The notes under the pieces are model-generated. The model did no database searches. It saw only the letters and a list, made by a program, of their open reading frames with translations, and was not told the DNA's origin. Both the position numbers and the translations under genes were made by a program. Below are positions 38,263-49,079 of a stretch of DNA of 64,000 nucleotides, one piece after another (positions within the stretch are counted from its first letter, which is position 1; every line of letters begins with the position of its first letter). This stretch comes from an uncultured Poribacteria bacterium (GTDB lineage Bacteria > Poribacteria > WGA-4E > WGA-3G). Location of the stretch: positions 4,096,001 through 4,160,000 of the forward strand of contig OX638351.1 of assembly GCA_951813565.1 (NCBI GenBank). Direction: 5' to 3'.

Positions 38263-40815
38263 TTATTTCTTTATCAACATCTTTTGTGTGGCTGTGAATT
38301 TTCCTGCTGTTAGCGTGTAGAAATAGACACCACTTGCAACTGACTCACCGATCTCGTTTTTGCCGTCCCAGTACGCTGTGCTACCTTTGTGTTGGTAAAG
38401 TCCTGCCGATTGATGTCCTAAAACTAATGTTCGAATCAGTTTAGCATCTGAAGAATGTATCTGGATTAATACATCGGCGGATTCTGCCAACTGATACGGT
38501 ATCCAAGTTTCCGGGTTGAAGGGGTTTGGATAATTAGGCAATAGAACAGTCTTTTTCGGTGTCAATGCTACCAACAACTTTTCAAGGAAACGGATACCTT
38601 TTTGTGATGTTGCATCCATCAGGTCAACCTGCTGTGCTTGTATCAACCATTTTTGCACATCGGCTCTTGTAAACGCGAACTTTAAGTCACGACCTAATCC
38701 TAAAGGTGCAGCGGCTGCATCATCTATCGCACCTGCAACCTTAATAAGATCGGCAATATTAACGACACCATCACCATTCACATCTGCAGGATTTGGACCT
38801 GTTTGCCCGAAGTTTGCGGCAACAACAACTAAATCGTTAACATCAATAACTCCATCACCATTTATATCTGCTTCATGTCGCGTAGGGTTGAATAAGGCAG
38901 CGAAATCCCACAATAGTATTATTCCTGTATCGACCGATAGTGCAAGCGTCTTACCATCGGGGCTAATTGTAAGGTTATAAAAACCTTCTGGTATACCCCT
39001 AAGCATTAATTTGAGTGCACCACTTTCCGGATCCCAAAACCGCAATGTTCTATCTTCCCAACCTCCTGCAGTTACGAGCGTTCGCCCATCCGGACTGAAA
39101 ATAACATGCTTAAACTTGCCAACATGCCCAGTGATAATTGTGTTTCTCTCGCCAGTGTGGACATTCCACAAATGTGCTTCCTGACCACTCCCACCAGCCG
39201 CAATCGTGTTCCCATCCGGACTGAATACGATATCGGTAGTTTTTGGTATGGAGCCAGTGTATGTTGTAATTAGTTTTCTACTTGCGATGTCCCACAAATG
39301 TATTCCGGCACTATCGCCATATACGAACTTGCGACTATCCGGACTGAACGTAATGTCTCCAACCCCTTTCTCAATTCCAGTGAACGTCCAAAGAAGATCA
39401 CCTGTGGCAGCATCCCAAAAAATGGGTTTTAAGTTAGTAGCGAAAGTTGTGAGAATCCGTCCATCCGGACTGAAGGTGACGCGATAGATGTCACGTTCAT
39501 GTCCAATAATCGTTGCTTTCTGGGATCCAGAGGGAACATCCCATAACCTTATCGGGTAGTCATCAGCAAACCATCTATCCTCATAAATTACGCCGCCGCT
39601 ACTGGCTATAGTTTGCCCATCTGGACTAATGGCAACCGATATGACTGGACCTATGTGTCCGAGGAAGGTTTTTATGTTTTTGCCGGATGTCGTATCCCAC
39701 AGTCGCACCGTTTTATCCCTACTTCCACTCACAATTGTGTGTCCATCTGGACTGAACGCTATCTCTGAGAAACCGGAGATATGTCCAGTGATTGTGGTTC
39801 TTTGCTCAAGCTTCTCCGCATCCCACAGAATGATAGTTCCATCCTTACTATAACTCGCAAAAGTAGTTCCATCAAGACTATATGCCACACTCGCGACGTC
39901 GTCAGTATGTGCTATGAGCGTCGTCTTATAATTACCTGTAGAAACATCCCACAGACATACTGTATTATCCATGCTACCACTTGCAAGGGTGCTACCATCC
40001 GAGCTAAACGCGACATCGTTGACACCACCTATGTGTCCTATAAGGGTGTTTTTCAGGGTGCTACTTGCAATATCCCACAGGTTGACATGTGCGGTCCATC
40101 TACCGCCACAACTTGCTATTGTGCTGCTGTCTGGACTAAATGCGATATTCGCATCATAAGGAAATCTATCTTCTGCCAATATGAAAGTTGCTTTGAGTTC
40201 AACAGTAGCAACATCCCATAATTTCATCGTAGTATTTTCCCCCTCATAACCACAACTGACAAAAACCGTTCCATCTGGACTGTAGGCGATGGTATCAACA
40301 CCACTTTTATGCCCAATTATAGTTGCTTTCAGCTCTCCGCTTGAAACATCCCAAAACTTGACTGTTCTGTCTTTATTAGATTGACTACATGTCGCGATTG
40401 TTTTTCCATTGGGGTTGAATGCTATATTTGTGATATATTTGGTATGTGCAGATATAGTTAGTTTGAGATTGCCAGTGTCAACATCCCATAAAAAAAGTTC
40501 GGAAGTATTATTACATGCAAGTTTTTTCCCATCAGGACTGAATGCAATATTGGAATAATAGTCTAAATTACTTGATAGCAAATTTAGTTCTTTACCAGTG
40601 AATCCATCATAGAGCCAAATCCCAATAGGAGTTGTGACTGCGAGTAGAGAACTATCTGGCGAGAAGGTGATATTACCAGTTATCTCTCCTTTCCCGATAC
40701 GCATTTTTGCACCTTCGGGCAAGCCCAACTGCATGTAGTTTTGCGAAAAAGCATTTGGTGTAAAGCAAATTAAAATAAGAACAAGCAGTAAAATGGTGGA
40801 TCGTATCGTTTCCAT
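38263..40815 (-). CDS. Secreted WD40-repeat protein with dockerin-like domain and T9SS-like C-terminal domain
   Basis: Many WD40 repeats; DINGDGVIDVNDL / DVNGDGVVNIADL; PNYPNPFNPETW; start at 40815 after AGGAG. Confidence 0.9.
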   Translation of the reverse strand: METIRSTILLLVLILICFTPNAFSQNYMQLGLPEGAKMRIGKGEITGNITFSPDSSLLAVTTPIGIWLYDGFTGKELNLLSSNLDYYSNIAFSPDGKKLACNNTSELFLWDVDTGNLKLTISAHTKYITNIAFNPNGKTIATCSQSNKDRTVKFWDVSSGELKATIIGHKSGVDTIAYSPDGTVFVSCGYEGENTTMKLWDVATVELKATFILAEDRFPYDANIAFSPDSSTIASCGGRWTAHVNLWDIASSTLKNTLIGHIGGVNDVAFSSDGSTLASGSMDNTVCLWDVSTGNYKTTLIAHTDDVASVAYSLDGTTFASYSKDGTIILWDAEKLEQRTTITGHISGFSEIAFSPDGHTIVSGSRDKTVRLWDTTSGKNIKTFLGHIGPVISVAISPDGQTIASSGGVIYEDRWFADDYPIRLWDVPSGSQKATIIGHERDIYRVTFSPDGRILTTFATNLKPIFWDAATGDLLWTFTGIEKGVGDITFSPDSRKFVYGDSAGIHLWDIASRKLITTYTGSIPKTTDIVFSPDGNTIAAGGSGQEAHLWNVHTGERNTIITGHVGKFKHVIFSPDGRTLVTAGGWEDRTLRFWDPESGALKLMLRGIPEGFYNLTISPDGKTLALSVDTGIILLWDFAALFNPTRHEADINGDGVIDVNDLVVVAANFGQTGPNPADVNGDGVVNIADLIKVAGAIDDAAAAPLGLGRDLKFAFTRADVQKWLIQAQQVDLMDATSQKGIRFLEKLLVALTPKKTVLLPNYPNPFNPETWIPYQLAESADVLIQIHSSDAKLIRTLVLGHQSAGLYQHKGSTAYWDGKNEIGESVASGVYFYTLTAGKFTATQKMLIKK

Positions 40816-40825
40816 CTTTTTTCTC

Positions 40826-43408
40826 CTATTTTCGTATGACCATGCGCCGTGTTGCAGTGAAGTTTCCAGCAGAAAGTGTATAAAAATAGATACCGCTCGC
40901 AACAGGTTCACCAAATTCATTTTTACCGTCCCAATGTGCTGCCTTATTTCGATTCTGATAGTTCCCGGCAGGCTGATTGCCTAATACCAATGCCCGAACC
41001 GACTGTCCATCAATAGAATAGATGCAAAGTGTGACATCTGCTGGGTTTGCCAACTGATAGGGTATCCACGTTTCAGGGTTAAACGGGTTCGGGTAGTTGG
41101 ATAAGAGCACTGTCTTTTCTGGAGTCAATACTGCTAAGAGTTGTTCAAGTACTGCAATGCCTTTCTGAAATGTTGGTGTATTGCTGTTAACTTGCCACGC
41201 GTGCGTTAACCAATGTTGTACTTCATCAGCAGTGAGCAATTCTATAGATTTCGATGCCACTGACGGAGCACCATTCTCATTAGCAAGCGCAGCAGCAACT
41301 AATAAGATATCCGCTATATTGATAACACCATCCCCGTTGACATCGGCAGCATTATCATCTCCCGACTGCCCAAATTGTGATGCAACAAAAATAAGGTCTT
41401 GCAAATCTACACTACCATCACGGTTCGCATCCTCAGCGAGTTGTTGTATTTCATTTTCAGTGCCTAACAACGAAGTATAATCCCATATAAGAACCGTTCC
41501 GTCCCTACTGCCACTTATAAGTGTTCTGCCATCAGGACTAAAGATTGCCTTGGATACACCATACGTGTGATCTGTGATGATTTTTTTCTGTTCACCAGTA
41601 GCAACATCCCAAATTTGTAAAGTTGAATCGCGCCAATTGCCACAACTTACGAGTGTCTTACCATCAATACTGAATGTAAGTTTATGTATCCCTTCGATGT
41701 GGTTAGTATGGATTACACTCGGATTACCAGTCGTAACATCCCATAGAATAATCGTGTTATCTTCACTTCCACTGGCGACTATTCTTTCATCAGAGTTAAA
41801 TGCCACACATTTTACCTTATTTGTATGTCCAGTGAAAGTTGCTATATTTGATCGGGAGGTAAAATCCCAAAAACGTACTGTACCATCATAACTTCCACTA
41901 ACAAGGGTGCGGCTATCACGACTAAAAACAATTGATGTCACCTCATCTGTATGCCCTATAAGCGCGTCAATATAGGTGCGCCCCATATACCATAAATGTA
42001 TTGTTTTGTCACTATGTCCTGCAGCGATGAATTGACCGTCTGGGCTGAAAGCAAGGGAATTATAACCTCCTGATAAGGCCGACGTGTTTTTTTGTCCATG
42101 ACCATACCACTTATAAATGGTATTAATTGGGGTGGTACTGGAAACGTCCCAAAGATGAATTGCCCCAAAATCCAAACTTGCAAACGTGTTGCCATCCGGA
42201 CTGAAAACTAAATCATAATGATTTGAGTGCCTTCCTCGTCCATATATAAACTTTTTGTATTCGCCTGTGATAGGATTCCACAGGTGGATATTATCCCAAC
42301 TCGAAGTGGCGAGGAGATTACCATTTGGACTGATTGTTATTCCTGCAACGCCTATTGTATGTCCAGTAATAGACAATTTGCGCGTCCTACTTTCAACATC
42401 CCATAGATACAAATCTCCGCCTCCACCACTCGCGAGTGTTTTGCCATCAGGACTGAATGCGACATAACTGCCCCCCAGTTCTCCTCCGAATTCGGTTAAG
42501 TGTGTTCCTGTAGCAAGGTCCCATAGATGCAAACCTTTAAAACCGCCGGTTGCGAGCGTGTTCCCATCTGGACTTACAGCAATACTATTGAGCGATAGCG
42601 CATCAAATTCAATTATCTTCTTTCCAGTGTTAACATCCCACACCTGAATATCGTCGTACGTATCCCCACTTATGAGCGTGTTCCCATCTGGACTGAACAA
42701 AAGATAACTTATTCCTCGCGCATACTTGGACAAAGTGGTTTTGTGTGTAGCAGTGTTAACATCCCATAGTCTTAGGGTGCGATCCGAACTTGCACTTGCA
42801 AGCGTAGCACCATCCGGACTGAAGACAATATATCCTACCCATTTAGTATGTCCTTCAAGAGTCGCATTTTGCTCTCCAGTGGTAAGGTCCCAAAGATGAA
42901 TAACTTCGTCACTGGCACCAGCCAGCATCCGCCCATCTGTACTAAAAGCGATACGGTGAATATCCGCAGTATCTCCTTTTAGTATTACTTTAACCCTACC
43001 ATTTGTTAAGTCTCGCAATTGTACTGTATCGTCTGCTTCCCTGCTAACATACATGCTGACATCCGGACTCACTCCCAATATGTTACCTGGATTCACTGCA
43101 ATTAAATCCAGTTCAACACCCGTGTGTGCATCATAGATCCAAAAACCTATACTACTTTTAACAATTACCCGATTCCCATCGGGTGAAAACGTGATATTAC
43201 CGACACTTCCCTTGCCAAGACGTAATTTAGCCCCTTCAGGCAAATCCCATCGGGTATAGTCTTGCGCAAAAGTGTTCTGTAGGAATAGGGTTGAAAGCAC
43301 TAAGAGCAATAAAATTGGATTTTTTATCTGAAATTCAAAAAGGTGTTTGTGACGTAAATTATTTTTCACGCTTTTTGTATGAGTATTTTGGGATTCAATA
43401 GCTCTCAT
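40826..43408 (-). CDS. Secreted WD40-repeat protein with dockerin-like domain and T9SS-like C-terminal domain
   Basis: WD40 repeats; DANRDGSVDLQDL / DVNGDGVINIAD; SNYPNPFNPETW. Confidence 0.9.
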   Translation of the reverse strand: MRAIESQNTHTKSVKNNLRHKHLFEFQIKNPILLLLVLSTLFLQNTFAQDYTRWDLPEGAKLRLGKGSVGNITFSPDGNRVIVKSSIGFWIYDAHTGVELDLIAVNPGNILGVSPDVSMYVSREADDTVQLRDLTNGRVKVILKGDTADIHRIAFSTDGRMLAGASDEVIHLWDLTTGEQNATLEGHTKWVGYIVFSPDGATLASASSDRTLRLWDVNTATHKTTLSKYARGISYLLFSPDGNTLISGDTYDDIQVWDVNTGKKIIEFDALSLNSIAVSPDGNTLATGGFKGLHLWDLATGTHLTEFGGELGGSYVAFSPDGKTLASGGGGDLYLWDVESRTRKLSITGHTIGVAGITISPNGNLLATSSWDNIHLWNPITGEYKKFIYGRGRHSNHYDLVFSPDGNTFASLDFGAIHLWDVSSTTPINTIYKWYGHGQKNTSALSGGYNSLAFSPDGQFIAAGHSDKTIHLWYMGRTYIDALIGHTDEVTSIVFSRDSRTLVSGSYDGTVRFWDFTSRSNIATFTGHTNKVKCVAFNSDERIVASGSEDNTIILWDVTTGNPSVIHTNHIEGIHKLTFSIDGKTLVSCGNWRDSTLQIWDVATGEQKKIITDHTYGVSKAIFSPDGRTLISGSRDGTVLIWDYTSLLGTENEIQQLAEDANRDGSVDLQDLIFVASQFGQSGDDNAADVNGDGVINIADILLVAAALANENGAPSVASKSIELLTADEVQHWLTHAWQVNSNTPTFQKGIAVLEQLLAVLTPEKTVLLSNYPNPFNPETWIPYQLANPADVTLCIYSIDGQSVRALVLGNQPAGNYQNRNKAAHWDGKNEFGEPVASGIYFYTLSAGNFTATRRMVIRK

Positions 43409-43460
43409 AGGTTTGCGTTCCTATTTGATTCGGTTCTTTTCAACAACTGTAATAGCAATT

Positions 43461-43476
43461 AGCAAATCTGATGCCA
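43461..43476 (-). promoter_or_regulatory. Putative sigma54 (-24/-12) promoter
   Basis: Reverse strand TGGCATCAGATTTGCT (GG-N10-GC), about 50 nt upstream of the 43408 start. Confidence 0.6.
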
Positions 43477-44057
43477 GTTTTGAGTTATTGTTGAAAGTAC
43501 AAATAGGTTTCGTTTAGCAGGAATTTTTTAGCATTGATGGGCGGTTATATCGTCAAAAAGCAACATCATTGCCCATAATTTGAACATTTACAGCCATTAT
43601 AGTTCAAAGGCAAGGTTAGGGTGTTCCGTGTCAAGAGGGTAGCCTGCACGAAAACGGGCAATTATGGTGCATGTTGCACGATATAGTGCATTTGTGGAAA
43701 GAAGATTAGATTGTGTGGCTCATGTAAAGAATGAGTGCTAATCAAAAGGTTTAACCCGCGTGGCCATTGCCTTCATTAAAAACAACCGCACACACTTTTT
43801 ACATGAGCGGATTGTGTTATATTGAAAGTTGAAGATATGTGAACACCCTATGATAGACGCGGTTTCAAACCGTGCCTATTACAGGGTGTAAATGATTATA
43901 CGTTTTCTATAATGGATATGTGTTAAGACAGTGGAAAAATGGGCGCAGTAAAAGAGTGTAAGAAAAGAAATCAGTACGCGGACGTAAGGTAAGTCTGCGA
44001 GTTACATCTCACAATTATAGATGAACGCTGACATTGTCCCTATGCTGCGCAAACTGC

Positions 44058-46946
44058 CTATTTCAAAATAACCATTTTGCGCAGGAGCGACATATTGTCC
44101 GCCTGCAGTTGATAGAAATAGAGACCGCTGGCAACTTTTTCCCCAACATCGTTTTTACCATTCCAAAAAGCTGCGCGACTCCGATGCTGATAAAGTCCGG
44201 CAGCCTGTTGTCCCAAAAGTAGGGTCCGTATCAACTGTCCATCGGCAGAATAGATGCGGATTGTCACATTGGCGGATTCTGCCAACTGATACGGTATCCA
44301 AGTTTCCGGGTTGAAGGGATTTGGATAGTTTGGAAGAAGGGCAGTTTCTTGCGGAGTCAGTGCTGCCAGTAGTTGTTCCAAAACCAAGATGCCGCGTTGG
44401 AAAGCAGGATCGGAATGTGCAAGTTGTTTAGCATCCCGCAACCACTGTTGCACCTCTGTTTTTGTCGGAGCGTTTTCAAGGTCGTAACTCCAGATTGCCG
44501 GCGCAGCACTTGAAGAACTTGTCATAGCAGCTGCAACCAACGTAAGGTCTACGATATTGACAATTCCATCACCGTTCACGTCCGCAAGGTTTTCACCCAC
44601 CTGTGTAAAATTAGATGCGACTAAAGTCAAATCTTGTATATTTACAACGCCGTCTCCATTCAGATCCTCTTGCTGGCGTACAGGTTCCGCTACCTGTCCG
44701 GTCCTAACGCGCGCATAATAAACGTTACCAGTGCTATCAGTCAATCGCACATTAGACACAGTTAGTTTAGATGCCTTAGGCGCAAGAACTTCAAAGGTGA
44801 TGTTTGCCAACGTTCCCATCCCAAATCCTTCTCCAGCAAGAGATGTTGCAGCGAGCGTAACAGTGTTTTCCGTAATAATTGGCTGCACGGAAAATGCCCC
44901 CATTGGTAAAAAATTAGCATTTGCACTTTCGACATAACGGAGCGCTGAGGCATCATACCTAATAGTTGCCTGATATCCGGCTACGCTACCAGCGTCTTCA
45001 ATATTAAGTGAGAACGTAAGCTGCCCATCTATAGCAGGAGACTGCAGAGAAGGTGGAGATAGACTTACAGTCGCATAAGTGTTGGTTGGGGGTGTAAAAT
45101 TCCATAGGAGCGTTGTGCCATCTGAGCTGCTACTGGCAAGCGTCCTTGCATCCGGACTGAACGCTATGTCAAGGATGCCGCCTGTATGCCCAGAAAACGT
45201 TTGTATATGCTGACCAGATACCGTATCCCATAAACGGATAGTACGATCGCCGCCAGCACTGGCAAGTGTTTCACCATCGTTACTAAAAGCGACGCTCCAG
45301 ACTAAATCCGTATGTTCAGTAAAATTCTGGAGTTCTACGCCAAAGACAATATCCCATATTCGGACAGTATTATCGTCACTACCGCTGGCAAGCATGTCGC
45401 CATTTGGACTAAAAGCGACGCTCCTCACGAAATCCGTATGCCCAATAAGTGTTTGCTGGGGTTCACCGGAAGCGGTATCCCATAATATGATAGTGTCATC
45501 TGCGCTACCACTTGCAATCGTCTCTCCATCTTCACTGAAAGCAACGCTTAGTACCGCATTTGTGTGTTCATCGAATGTTCTCAGTTCTTCTGCAAGAGCA
45601 GTATCCCATAATTTGATAGTACCGTCTTCACTACCGCTCACAATCTTGGACCCGTCAGGACTGAAGGCAATGCTCCAAACCCAATCTTCGTGTCCAATAA
45701 GCGTGTCAATGTGTTCACCGGTAAAGGCATTCCATAACCGGATAGTCCCATCGTCACTACCACTTGCCAGTGTGTTTCCATCAGGACTGAAGGCAATGCT
45801 CCATATCCAATCCTCATGTCCTATTAACATCTGTTGGTGTTGCCCTGTGGTAGCATCCCATAGATTAATCGTATTATCTGCACCACCTGTTGCTACTACG
45901 TTTCCATTAATGTTGAAGCCAACACTTAAAATATAATTTGTATATCCAGTAAGTACCTGTCGCTGTCCTCCAAAGACAGGATCCCACAACCGAACAGTCC
46001 CATCGGCACTGCCACTTGCAAGCGTTCCTCCACTTGAATTGAACGCTACACTTAAAACAACATTTGTATGTCCAGGGAGTTCCTGCTGAGGTTGCCCAGT
46101 AACAGCATCCCACAAAAGGATAGTCCCATCGGCACTGCCACTTGCAAGCGTATTTCCATTTGGACTATATGCCACACTATAGACGGTACCCAGATGTCCG
46201 GGTAGAGTCTGCTTTGATACACCGAAGGCAGTATACCAAAGTCTTACAGTACCATCTCGACTGCCACTTGCGAGTGTTCCTTCATTTGGACTGAACGCTA
46301 CACTGTAAACAGAATCTTCATGCCCGGTCAGGATGTGTTGTTGTTCACCAGTTGCAACATCCCACAGTTGGACAGACCCGTCTAAACTGCCACTTGCGAG
46401 CGTTTCTCCACTCGTACTAAAAGCAACGCTCGTAACAGCATCAAAATGTCCGGGAAGTGTCTGCAGATTTTCACGAGTAATATAATTCCAAAGTTGGATT
46501 GTGCTGCCACCATGGCCACTGGCAAGTGTTTGACCATCTGAACTAAATGCCAAACTCAAGACTACGTCTGTGGGGCCTGTAAGATCCTCTTGATGTTCGC
46601 CAGTTGTTGCATTCCAGAGTTTAATTGTTCCATCATCATGGCCACTGGCAAGTGTCTGACCATCCGAACTAAATGCAGCACAGTAAACAGTCTGTGTATC
46701 TTCAGTGAGCAATCTTATTTCTTCATAGGTTTGTGCATTATAGAGCCAAATACCGATGGAACTGACTACCGCCAAACGTGTGCCATCTCGCGAATATGTA
46801 AGCTCAGCTATCCTTCCCTTTCCGAGACGCGCTTTCGCGTTGTCGGGTAAACTAAATTGTGAGGCGGTTTGAGCAAAGGTTTCGGTAAGAAAAAATGACA
46901 AAACAAGAAGTTGGGTAAAAAAAATAAAAAATAACGTCTTTTTCAT
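44058..46946 (-). CDS. Secreted WD40-repeat protein with cohesin-like, dockerin-like and T9SS-like C-terminal domains
   Basis: Regular WD40 repeats; VAGYQATIRYD..GTLANITFEV; DLNGDGVVNIQDL; PNYPNPFNPETW; start at 46946. Confidence 0.9.
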   Translation of the reverse strand: MKKTLFFIFFTQLLVLSFFLTETFAQTASQFSLPDNAKARLGKGRIAELTYSRDGTRLAVVSSIGIWLYNAQTYEEIRLLTEDTQTVYCAAFSSDGQTLASGHDDGTIKLWNATTGEHQEDLTGPTDVVLSLAFSSDGQTLASGHGGSTIQLWNYITRENLQTLPGHFDAVTSVAFSTSGETLASGSLDGSVQLWDVATGEQQHILTGHEDSVYSVAFSPNEGTLASGSRDGTVRLWYTAFGVSKQTLPGHLGTVYSVAYSPNGNTLASGSADGTILLWDAVTGQPQQELPGHTNVVLSVAFNSSGGTLASGSADGTVRLWDPVFGGQRQVLTGYTNYILSVGFNINGNVVATGGADNTINLWDATTGQHQQMLIGHEDWIWSIAFSPDGNTLASGSDDGTIRLWNAFTGEHIDTLIGHEDWVWSIAFSPDGSKIVSGSEDGTIKLWDTALAEELRTFDEHTNAVLSVAFSEDGETIASGSADDTIILWDTASGEPQQTLIGHTDFVRSVAFSPNGDMLASGSDDNTVRIWDIVFGVELQNFTEHTDLVWSVAFSNDGETLASAGGDRTIRLWDTVSGQHIQTFSGHTGGILDIAFSPDARTLASSSSDGTTLLWNFTPPTNTYATVSLSPPSLQSPAIDGQLTFSLNIEDAGSVAGYQATIRYDASALRYVESANANFLPMGAFSVQPIITENTVTLAATSLAGEGFGMGTLANITFEVLAPKASKLTVSNVRLTDSTGNVYYARVRTGQVAEPVRQQEDLNGDGVVNIQDLTLVASNFTQVGENLADVNGDGIVNIVDLTLVAAAMTSSSSAAPAIWSYDLENAPTKTEVQQWLRDAKQLAHSDPAFQRGILVLEQLLAALTPQETALLPNYPNPFNPETWIPYQLAESANVTIRIYSADGQLIRTLLLGQQAAGLYQHRSRAAFWNGKNDVGEKVASGLYFYQLQADNMSLLRKMVILK

Positions 46947-47107
46947 TGTAGTATTCTCCTTTTGAAGGTAATTGGCTGCTATATGTTGCATGCAAACAAT
47001 TTGATTGATGTCTTTTTCTAAAGTATACCACAAAGACGGTGAGAATGCAATTTTACGTGGGAATGGGTGTAGGTTAGAATATTGGTAGGCATCAAATTAC
47101 TACAGTC

Positions 47108-47285
47108 TATCTCATAAATTGTTAAATACGGTTCCTTACACAGGATCTACATTCATCGTAGGGGCGGGTCCCCGGTGAATGCCAAAAGGCATTCGGACCG
47201 TTGATTTGGTGCCCGCCCATTGTTTACACTTATGAGAGAGATGGCGAGGCACAGAGACCTCGCCCTACAAATGATTTATGAGATA
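47108..47285. mobile_element. MITE-like element (TATCTCATAAAT TIR) with REP doublet and 35-nt micro-insertion at 47174-47208
   Basis: TATCTCATAAAT / ATTTATGAGATA; reverse-strand CAAATCAACGGTCCGAATGCCTTTTGGCATTCACC in GGGCAC^GGGGACCC. Confidence 0.7.
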
Positions 47286-47337
47286 CGCTCTAATGCTTTG
47301 GCTGCTTGATTTTGGTTTTTGTCAGTGTGATAAGAGT

Positions 47338-48237
47338 TTATGACCAGACAAACACTTCGTTATCATCTGGGGAATATCCGATGAATACAGCCAAAACAAT
47401 TCTTGCACGTGTGCCCTGAACAGCTGGTACTTCGTGGATGCAACGGGTGTTGAAAAAGTATAGGTCCCCTTGTTCCAAATTGACCTGACAGTTTTCTATT
47501 CTGTTCTCGGCTGCGTAGCTATCAAACGTTTCTGCTGCAATATGTGGTTGAACGTCTTCAGACCAAAGGCATCGGTGTAGGATAGCTTGTGTTCCTTTTC
47601 CGGTTGCATCCGCATTTTGCACACACAACACACCTGCAAACTGATGTTCAAAGCGATAAACAGCGTAATCGGCCCGTTGTTCACGATATTTGACACTGTC
47701 AATGTGCGGTTTATAACTATGTGTTTCGTAGTGAACGCGGAAGATAGCTGGACCATAAAGTGACCCGTCAGGTTCACGCGCGACTTTAACCTCTTTTCCG
47801 GGAGAAAGCGCAGCAAGAGTGTCATAAATCAAGTCAACAGGGTTTTTGAAGCCATCAAATAAGAATTGAAATAGATGATGCGTTGCTTCAGCATGTGCTA
47901 AAAAACGGGTTTTTTCGCTACCACGATTACCAAGACTCGTGCCGATGTCGATACGGGTACGTTTGTCGGCAGAGTTGATGTCCGCTTCGTCTCGCATCAG
48001 TCCCATGTTGGTGAATCTATTGATGAGTCCATGACATTGTGCGGGGGAATAGGCATTACGTAAAATAATGGCAGGTATTTCCGCTTGTGATAGCGAATAG
48101 ATCGGGTCCTTATATTTTTCGCAAACCGCTTTGAGATTAGGCTCTGCTGGAAGCCAATTTGTGTTATTTTGCATAAGATACTCACTTTGTAAATCCGCGT
48201 GATTCACTTCATTTGCGGTGATCAGCGATATAGACAA
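47338..48237 (-). CDS. 2OG-Fe(II) oxygenase superfamily protein
   Basis: HID, GDLYFFN..IHEV, distal Arg (ARIVL); start uncertain. Confidence 0.7.
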   Translation of the reverse strand: MSISLITANEVNHADLQSEYLMQNNTNWLPAEPNLKAVCEKYKDPIYSLSQAEIPAIILRNAYSPAQCHGLINRFTNMGLMRDEADINSADKRTRIDIGTSLGNRGSEKTRFLAHAEATHHLFQFLFDGFKNPVDLIYDTLAALSPGKEVKVAREPDGSLYGPAIFRVHYETHSYKPHIDSVKYREQRADYAVYRFEHQFAGVLCVQNADATGKGTQAILHRCLWSEDVQPHIAAETFDSYAAENRIENCQVNLEQGDLYFFNTRCIHEVPAVQGTRARIVLAVFIGYSPDDNEVFVWS

Positions 48238-48251
48238 TTTTATGCAGCGAT

Positions 48252-49079
48252 TTAGAATTTCGGATTGAAAAGGTAATCATCCATTTTCTCATTTACGAAT
48301 TCTGCATTATGGTCAAGTTCGCTATTTTCAAAAGCGGCTTCACATCCGGTTTGGTACTTCAGTCGTCTGCCAGAACGGAGCCAACGGATACGGTGGATCA
48401 TCGCTATCATGTGGCGTGGTTCATCGGATAGGTTTGGGACGCCGCGGTGCCAGAGCCGCATGTCTCGAATCAACACGCTTCCCTTTTTCGCATTCCCACG
48501 GATAGGCGGCGCGATTTCACGTCGTTCTGCCTCATGTTCTTCGTCTATGTGTCGATCACTGACATCCAGATGCGATCCGGGCCAGAGTTCTACACTGCCG
48601 TTCTCTTCTGTTGTATCCTGAGGTGAGATATTCACAACCACTTCAGCTGCTGGGTGTGCAACTTGCTGATTTAACCAGAGATGATCACCGTCTCTGTGGA
48701 GCGGTTGCGTGCCGCTACCAGGACAGTTGGTGTTGCCGTTATAGAAATTATTGTAGACCCCAGCACCGAGCAGTTCCTGTGTTATCTGCACGACGTAAGG
48801 ATTGGCAACGATGTCGCTAAAAATATATGGCGCAAACGGTGGCGGTCCCTGCTGAAGATGTCCCTTGAGCATTCCTGCACCACCCCATTTTCCTGCCTTA
48901 ATCAACTTTTGCGAATCAGCATCCATCCGTTCGCGAAGAATATCCAAATGTTTATGGTTAACAATGTTTTCTATGACGACACATCCATCAACACGGATAG
49001 CTTCAATCGCTTTTTTGAGGTGCGTTTCTGAGAACTTGCCTGCGGTTAATTCTTTAGGTTGAGCTTTTACCACTACCAT
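48252..49079 (-). CDS. Phytanoyl-CoA dioxygenase (PhyH) family protein
   Basis: QPLHRD, ENGSVELWPGSH, RLWHRG, PRHM. Confidence 0.9.
   Translation of the reverse strand: MVVVKAQPKELTAGKFSETHLKKAIEAIRVDGCVVIENIVNHKHLDILRERMDADSQKLIKAGKWGGAGMLKGHLQQGPPPFAPYIFSDIVANPYVVQITQELLGAGVYNNFYNGNTNCPGSGTQPLHRDGDHLWLNQQVAHPAAEVVVNISPQDTTEENGSVELWPGSHLDVSDRHIDEEHEAERREIAPPIRGNAKKGSVLIRDMRLWHRGVPNLSDEPRHMIAMIHRIRWLRSGRRLKYQTGCEAAFENSELDHNAEFVNEKMDDYLFNPKF

Noticed and set aside
38263..46946. Diversity-generating retroelement template/variable repeats among the similar C-terminal domains
   Set aside because: Similarity is explained by paralogous domains, no adenine-specific pattern was evident, and there is no reverse transcriptase in the window.
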